This document shows positions 59,941 to 64,000 of a DNA stretch of 64,000 nt, piece after piece. Each line of letters starts with the position of its first letter. Position 1 is the first letter of the stretch. The position numbers and the translations under genes are program-made. The stretch comes from Eledone cirrhosa (Eukaryota), in assembly GCA_964016885.1 (NCBI GenBank), contig OZ024754.1:20770001-20834000 (forward strand). The letters run 5' to 3'. Under the pieces are notes generated by a model that was given only the letters and a program-made list of their open reading frames with translations, did no database searches and was not told where the DNA came from.

Positions 59941-62900
59941 GACTCCCCCCCATATTACCCTTGGTATTAATATAGAGTCTCCCTCCCATATTAACCTTGG
60001 TGTTAACATAGACTCCCTCCCATATTACCCTTGGTATTAACATAGGGACTCCCTCCCATATTACCCTTGGTATTAACATAGACTCCCTCCCATATTACCC
60101 TTGGTATTAACATAGACTCCATCCCATATTACCCTTGGTATTAACATAGACTCCCTCCCATATTACCCTTGGTATTAACATAGGGACTCCCCCCCAAATT
60201 ACCCTTGGTATTAACATAGAGACTCCCCCCCATATTACCCTTGGTATTAATATAGAGACTCCCTCCCATATTAACCTTGGTGTTAACATAGACTCCCTCC
60301 CATATTACCCTTGGTATTAACATAGAGACCGCCCCCCCCATATTACCCTTGGTATTAACATAGACTCCCTCCCATATTACCCTTGGTATTAACATAGACT
60401 CCATCCCATATTACCCTTGGTATTAACATAGACTCCCTCACATATTACAATTGGTGTTAACATAGACTCCCTCCCATATTACCGTTGGTATTAACACAGG
60501 GACTCTCTCCCATATTAGCCTTGGTATTAACATAGGGACTCCCTCCCATATTACCCTTGGTATTAACATAGAGACTCTACCCCATATTACCCTTGGTATT
60601 AATATAGAGACTCCGCCCCCCCATATTACCCTTGGTATTAACATAGATTCGCTCCCATATTACCCTCGGTATTAACATAGACTCCCTCCCATATTACCCT
60701 TGGTATTAACATAGACTACCTCCCATATTACCCTGGGTCTTAACATAGACTCCCTCCTATATTAGACTTGGTATTAACATAGACTCCCTGCCATATTACC
60801 CTTTGTATTAACATAGACTCCCTCCCATATTACCCTTGGTATTAACATAGGGACTCCCTCCCATATTAGCCTTGGTATTAACATAGGGACTCCCTCCCAT
60901 ATTAGCATTGGTATTAACATAGACTACCTCCCTTATTACCCTGGGTCTTAACATAGACTCCCTCCCATATTAGACTTGGTATTAACATAGACTCCCTCCA
61001 ATATTACCCTTGGTATTAACATAGACTCCCTCCCATATTACCCTTGGTATTAACATAGGGACTCCCTCCCATATTACCCTTGGTATTAACATAGAGACTC
61101 CCCCCCATATTACCCTTGGTATTAATATAGAGTCTCCCTCCCATATTAACCTTGGTGTTAACATAGACTCCCTCCCATATTACCCTTGGTATTAACATAG
61201 GGACTCCCTCCCATATTAGCCTTGGTATTAACATAGGGACTCCCTCCCATATGAGACTTGGTATTAACATAGACACCCTCCCATATTACCCTTGGTATTA
61301 ACATAGAATCCCTCCCATATTACCCTTGGTATTAACATAGGGACTCCCTCCCATATTACCCTTGGTATTAACATAGAGACTCCCTCCCATATTATCCTTG
61401 GTTTTAACATAGACTACCTCCCATTTTACCCTGGGTCTTAACATAGACTCCCTCCCATATTAGACTTGGTATTAGCATAGACTCCCTCCCATATTACCCT
61501 TGGTATTAACATAGACTCCCACCCATATTACCCTTGGTATTAACATAGGGACTCCCTCCCATATTACCCTTGGTATTAACATAGAGACTCCCCCCCCATA
61601 TTACCCTTGGTATTAAAGTAGAGACTCCCTCCCATATTAACCTTGGTGTTAAAATAGACACCCTCCCATATTACCCTTGGTATTAACATAGTGACTCTCT
61701 CCCATATTAGCCTTGGTATTAATATAGGGACTCCCTCCCATATTAGCCTTGGTATTTACATACACTCCCTCCCATATTACCCTTGGTATTAACATAGACT
61801 CCCTCCCATATTACCCTTGGTATTAACATAGACTCCCTCCCATATTACCCTTGGTATTAACATAGACTCCCTCCCATATTACCCTGGGTCTTAACATAGA
61901 CTCCCTCCCATATTACACTTGGTATTAACATAGACTCCCTCCCATATTACCCTTGGTATTAACATAGAGACTCCCCCCCATATTACCCTTGGTATTAATA
62001 TAGAGACTCCCTCCCATATTAACCTTGGTGTTAACATAGACTCCCTCCCATATTACCCTTGGTATTAACATAGGGACTCCCTCCCATATTACCCTTGGTA
62101 TTAACATAGAGACCGCCCCCCCATATTACCCTTGGTATTAACATAGACTCCCTCCCATATTACCCTTGGTATTAACATAGACTCCATCCCATATTACCCT
62201 TGGTATTAACATAGACTCCCTCACATATTACAATTGGTGTTAACATAGACTCCCTCCCATATTACCGTTGGTATTAACACAGGGACTCTCTCCCATATTA
62301 GCGTTGGTATTAACATAGGGACTCCCTCCCATATTACCCTTGGTATTAACATAGAGACTCTACCCCATATTACCCTTGGTATTAATATAGAGACCCCGCC
62401 CCCCATATTACCCTTGGTATTAACATAGACTCGCTCCCATATTACCCTCGGTATTAACATAGATTCCCTCCCATATTACCCTTGGTATTAACATAGACTA
62501 CCTCCCATATTACCCTGGGTCTTAACATAGACTCCCTCCCATATTAGACTTGGTATTTACATAGACTCCCTGCCATATTACCCTTTGTATTAACATAGAC
62601 TCCCTCCCATATTACCCTTGGTATTAACATAGGGACTCCCTCCCATATTAGCCTTGGTATTAACATAGGGACTCCCTCCCATATTAGCCTTGGTATTAAC
62701 ATAGACTACCTCCCTTATTACCCTGGGTCTTAACATAGACTCCCTCCCATATTAGACTTGGTATTAACATAGAATCCCTCCCAGATTACCCTTGGTATTA
62801 ACATAGACTCCCTCCTATATTACCCTTGGTATTAACATAGGGACTCCCTCCCATATTACCCTTGGTATTAACATAGAGACTCCCCCCATATTACCCTTGG

Positions 62901-64000
62901 TATTAATATAGAGACTCCCTCCCATATTAACCTTGGTGTTAACATAGACTCCCTCCCATATTACCGTTGGTATTAACACAAGGACTCTCTCCCATATTAG
63001 CCTTGGTATTAACATAGGGACTCCCTCCCATATTAGCCTTGGTATTAACATAGACTCCCTCCCATATTAGCCTTGGTATTTACATAGACTCCCTCCCATA
63101 TTACCCTTGGTATTAACATAGACTCCCTCCCATATTACCCTTGGTATTAACATAGGGACTCTCTCCCATATTACCCTTGGTATTAACATAGAGACTCCCT
63201 CCCATATTATCCTTGGTTTTAACATAGACTACCTCCCATTTTACCCTGGGTCTTAACATAGACTCCCTCCCATATTAGACTTGGTATTAACATAGACTCC
63301 CTTCCATATTACCCTTGGTATTAACATAGACTCCCTCCCATATTACCCTTGGTATTAACATAGACTCCCTCCCATATTAACCTTGGTATTAACATAGAGA
63401 CTCCCCCCCCATATTACCCTTGGTATTAATATAGACTCCCTCCCATATTACCCTTTGTATTAACATAGACCCCCTCCCATATTACATATGGTATTAACAT
63501 AGACTCCCTCCCATATTACCCTTGGTATTAACATAGACTCCCTCCCATATTACCCTTGGTATTAACATAGAGAATCCCTCCCATATTACCCTTGATATTA
63601 ACATAGACTCCCTCCCATATTACCCTTGGTATTAACATAGACTCCCTCCCATATTACCCTTAGTATTAACATAGAGACTCCCTCCCATATTAACATTGGT
63701 ATTAACATAGACTCCCTCCCATATTACCCTTGGTATTAACATAGACTCCCTCCCATATTAGACTTGGTATTAACATAGACTCCCTCCCATATTACCCTTG
63801 GTATTAACATAGACTCCCTCCCATATTACCCTTGGTATTAACATAGACTCCTCCCATATTACCCTTGGTATTAACATAGACTCCCTCCCATATTAGCCTT
63901 GGTATTAATATAGAGACTCCGCCCCCCATATTACCCTTGGTATTAACATATACTCGCTCCCATATTACCCTCGGTATTAACATAGACTCCCTCCCATATT
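59941..64000. repeat. Second copy of segment 48321-52380 (continues past the window end; possibly the start of an 11.6 kb tandem duplication)
   Basis: Collinear monomer-variant order with 48321-52380; about six differences seen by eye. Confidence 0.93.

Larger units (their letters stand above)
1..64000. repeat. Tandem satellite array, 34-bp consensus monomer TATTAACATAGACTCCCTCCCATATTACCCTTGG with 33/36/38-bp and poly-C variants; runs off both window ends
   Basis: The monomer can be read continuously from base 1 to 64000 with no intervening unique sequence. Recurrent variants: ATAGGGACT and ATAGAGACT (+2 bp, 36-mers), GACTCCTCCC (-1 bp, 33-mer), GAGACTCCGACCCCC/GAGACTCCGCCCCCC (38-mers), TATTAGCC, TATTAGAC, TATTAACC..GGTGTT, CCCTGGGTCTT. 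Confidence 0.99.

Noticed and set aside
107-63051. About 200 short ORFs (60-120 aa) with repeats such as MLIPRVIWEGVP and YVNTKGNMGGSL, almost all on the minus strand
   Set aside because: They are translations of the satellite. 36-bp units keep the frame, 34-bp units shift it, and one minus-strand frame hits TAA in nearly every monomer. Frames overlap redundantly and indels are not restricted to multiples of 3. No coding signal.
1-64000. CRISPR array (repeat length 34-36 bp is in the CRISPR range)
   Set aside because: The repeats abut directly with no unique spacers, no leader and no cas genes.
1-64000. Inverted block, transposon insertion or unique island within the array
   Set aside because: None seen on reading through: no reverse-complement monomers (CCAAGGGTAATATGGGAGGG) on the + strand and no non-repeat stretch. 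Very short insertions could have been missed by eye.
1-64000. Plasmid iterons, phage origin repeats or a diversity-generating cassette array
   Set aside because: The copy number and length far exceed such elements, and there is no rep, recombinase or reverse transcriptase gene. Variants are inherited in duplicated blocks rather than being independently diversified.

Overview
The whole 64 kb window is one uninterrupted head-to-tail satellite array, with every unit in the same orientation. The dominant monomer is 34 bp, TATTAACATAGACTCCCTCCCATATTACCCTTGG (14/34 GC, 11 C vs 3 G on the + strand, no CpG). At about 35 bp per unit this is roughly 1,800 copies. Recurrent 33, 36 and 38 bp variants and poly-C length variants occur in conserved orders. 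These orders build irregular higher-order repeats and nested segmental duplications with offsets of about 0.2, 0.28, 1.8, 1.9, 2.8-3.1, 3.65, 3.9 and 11.6 kb. Private variants split the array into at least three subdomains. I see no credible genes, RNA genes, transposons or CRISPR spacers: every ORF in the track is a translation of the repeat. The array is most consistent with eukaryotic heterochromatic (centromeric, pericentromeric or subtelomeric) satellite DNA, but the organism and family cannot be named from the sequence alone. I found no evidence of a novel protein-coding system; what is of interest is the repeat architecture.
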